A stretch of DNA of 64,000 bases from a virus: positions 1-64,000 of the IMG/VR virus record IMGVR_UViG_3300037297_000195; one strand, written 5' to 3'. A program made the position numbers and the translations under genes. Below the pieces are notes generated by a model. That model had not been told where the DNA came from, ran no database searches, and saw nothing but the letters and a program-made list of their open reading frames with translations. Every line of letters starts with the position of its first letter. Position 1 is the first letter of the stretch. Below are positions 62,251 through 64,000 of this stretch, one piece after another.

Positions 62251-62429
62251 TTATCTTTGTTAATTGTAATTTTATAAACCAGTGGATTTTCAATCATTTT
62301 ATTTAAATAATAGGCAATTGGCTCTTTAAATTTCCCTTTTTTCGTAAACAAATCTTTATTTTTAAATTCAATAACCTCACTTATAAACCCATTCCCCTTG
62401 TAAGATGCTATTCTAATAATTTCTGTCAT
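62238..62429 (-). CDS. hypothetical protein
   Basis: 63-aa ORF that overlaps the helicase start by 13 nt. Confidence 0.4.
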   Translation of the reverse strand: MTEIIRIASYKGNGFISEVIEFKNKDLFTKKGKFKEPIAYYLNKMIENPLVYKITINKDKCQN

Positions 62430-62468
62430 TTTTCTTCCTCTTTTTTAGGTTAGCTCTGGCATTTCATT

Positions 62469-62744
62469 TCATTTGATTTCTATGCCCATTCGTTTAATAA
62501 AATTATTAAAAGGAACAAAAAATAATGTTTCTTTTCCATACTCTTCTACATTTAAAATAATTGCATGGTGGTCCCTGATTGAGGGCCACGCCAAATCAAA
62601 TCTTTCAATAATAACATTTACATATATTTTTTCTCTGACACTTTTTGGATATTGTTTTAATAAATAAACAATATAATTTCTTTGCTCATCCGAAAGCCGA
62701 TCCCAATCCGACTTCTCATAAATTGGCCATTGATCAAAATTCAT
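62469..62744 (-). CDS. hypothetical protein
   Basis: 91-aa ORF on the same strand. Confidence 0.45.
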   Translation of the reverse strand: MNFDQWPIYEKSDWDRLSDEQRNYIVYLLKQYPKSVREKIYVNVIIERFDLAWPSIRDHHAIILNVEEYGKETLFFVPFNNFIKRMGIEIK

Positions 62745-62866
62745 TTTCTTCCTCTTTTTCTAAAAACGCCATATACACGCGTTTTTTACTATTAATTTTG
62801 TCTACCCCTTACTCCGATACTCGTTTTCGATTTTAATCGATTCTGAAAGAAAAGAATGCCTATAGA

Positions 62867-63214
62867 CTACCCACTTTTGCCCTTCTGCAATCTGGCCACA
62901 AGTGCCTTTTTCTGTTCATCAGTCATCTCTCTTGTTCTTCCACTTTTCCCGGTTCGATATTCCCAAACAGGACAATTTTTACTTGGGCAAGTTTCAAGAA
63001 CTTCAAGTTGATTGGAACTGATACAGTTTTGACAGAATTTTTTAATTGTTTTTAGGCCGACACGGCCAGCGCCATGACCGAAACGATATTTGTAAAAATA
63101 ACATGGCGGGTCTATATCCGGAAAAGCCGGTTTATCTCCTTGACATTTTCTTACTTCGGTAAAAGTGCCGGCACACTCCAAACAATACTTTCTGACTACT
63201 TGAGCTAATGACAT
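62867..63214 (-). CDS. Cys-rich zinc-binding protein
   Basis: CLEC...C...C, CQNC...CPSKNC, with a basic C-terminus. Confidence 0.45.
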   Translation of the reverse strand: MSLAQVVRKYCLECAGTFTEVRKCQGDKPAFPDIDPPCYFYKYRFGHGAGRVGLKTIKKFCQNCISSNQLEVLETCPSKNCPVWEYRTGKSGRTREMTDEQKKALVARLQKGKSG

Positions 63215-63216
63215 TT

Positions 63217-63450
63217 TTAATCCTTTTCTTGGTCAAAAGAAAATACTGTTCTTAAATTAGGCAATGGCTTCTGATGACCATTAAACCGAAATTCAATAAC
63301 TAATTTTAAATCAAAACCTGGGTTTTCGGTAGAAAGAAAATAGTCCATCACTGATGATTTTGTTTCTTCCCCAAAACCATCATAGCACGTTAGATCCCCG
63401 TGTTTCTGTTTCATCATTTCGAAAAAATAAATATAATCAGATATTTTCAT
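63217..63450 (-). CDS. hypothetical protein
   Basis: 77-aa ORF, tightly packed with its neighbours. Confidence 0.45.
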   Translation of the reverse strand: MKISDYIYFFEMMKQKHGDLTCYDGFGEETKSSVMDYFLSTENPGFDLKLVIEFRFNGHQKPLPNLRTVFSFDQEKD

Positions 63451-63451
63451 T

Positions 63452-63664
63452 TTAAAATAACCCTTTCCATTCTAAAAGGCATATAAATTCTTTTTTGGGC
63501 TCACTAACTACCCAGACATGGATCATTGGAGAAATATCTCCTTGTGTTATCGGCGTCATATCTTCATGGCAAGCGCACTTAATATCTCCATATTCTTCTA
63601 AAACCTCTTTTAATTCATCTATTAATTCTTTATTTAAAACATTAATTAATTCAGATATTTTCAT
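63452..63664 (-). CDS. hypothetical protein
   Basis: ATG 63664 (MKISELINVL) after GGGGAG is preferred over the track's 63721, which would overlap the end of the upstream ORF. Confidence 0.45.
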   Translation of the reverse strand: MKISELINVLNKELIDELKEVLEEYGDIKCACHEDMTPITQGDISPMIHVWVVSEPKKEFICLLEWKGLF

Positions 63665-63677
63665 AATAAAATCTCCC

Positions 63678-64000
63678 CTACAGCCTAATTCGGAATTCAT
63701 AATTGGGCAGATTATAATCAATCCACCAGTCGATAAACGTGTTCCACGATTTGGAATTTGGGCCTAAAGCATTTGAGGTAATTGTCATGCCTTGCCTTTC
63801 CTCATCATGAAATTCTTGATACATTTCCACAATTTGTAATGGGTTTCTAATTGACCTGCACCATTTTGCTTCGACGTTATGAATATCGTCTCGTTTGGCA
63901 TGCTGTTTTAATTTGCCAAACCAATCAATAATTTGGCCTGTAACTCTGTATAAATTTTTCAGTTCCCTTTCGTTTGGTTTCTGGTCGGTAATAATTTGCT
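63678..64000 (-). CDS. hypothetical protein (partial; 5' end beyond window end)
   Basis: The frame is open from base 64000 to the TAG at 63678-63680 (...YRVTGQIIDWFGKLKQHAKRDDIHNVEAKWCRSIRNPLQIVEMYQEFHDEERQG...). Checked codon by codon. Confidence 0.5.
   Translation of the reverse strand, partial: QIITDQKPNERELKNLYRVTGQIIDWFGKLKQHAKRDDIHNVEAKWCRSIRNPLQIVEMYQEFHDEERQGMTITSNALGPNSKSWNTFIDWWIDYNLPNYEFRIRL

Noticed and set aside
1-64000. Searched by eye for tRNA/tmRNA T-arm signatures, CRISPR-like spaced repeats, integrase/recombinase or repressor genes, att-like repeats and transposase genes
   Set aside because: I recognised none. Absence cannot be proven without tRNAscan-SE, CRISPR finders and profile searches.

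Overview
AT-rich (about one-third G+C by eye) 64-kb stretch that reads as most of the genome of a tailed dsDNA bacteriophage with a long non-contractile tail (1390-aa tape measure, no sheath gene). Layout: (i) 1-3490, minus strand: small early genes, including a sigma-70-family factor and a pyrimidine-dimer-glycosylase-like protein, separated by repeated hairpin/terminator-RBS cassettes. (ii) 3490-4030: divergent control region with a TTGACA-17-TAGATT promoter, operator-like repeats and a structured leader. (iii) 4031-35523, plus strand: terminase, portal, MuF, scaffold and an encapsulin-like capsid. An 8.3-kb sugar (heptose-type) modification, glycosyltransferase and sulfotransferase operon then sits between the capsid and head-tail connector genes. 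Tail genes follow, with a G/G-T -1 frameshift. (iv) 35687-64000, minus strand: helicase, sliding-clamp candidate, SNF2 helicase, radical-SAM plus m4C-type methyltransferase, and a DnaE polymerase fused to a family-4 UDG domain. These are followed by clamp loader, SSB-like, RecA-like and resolvase-like genes, an SbcCD-type nuclease whose ATPase is split at the zinc hook, and a holin-endolysin cassette. The most unusual element is a ~800-nt GC-rich, ORF-free, promoter-to-terminator unit (60075-60927, minus strand) that I predict to be a giant structured ncRNA. I recognised no integrase, repressor, tRNA, rRNA, CRISPR array or transposase. All family assignments come from motif recognition by eye, not database searches. 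Several starts were moved from the ORF track to internal ATG/GTG codons with a Shine-Dalgarno sequence.
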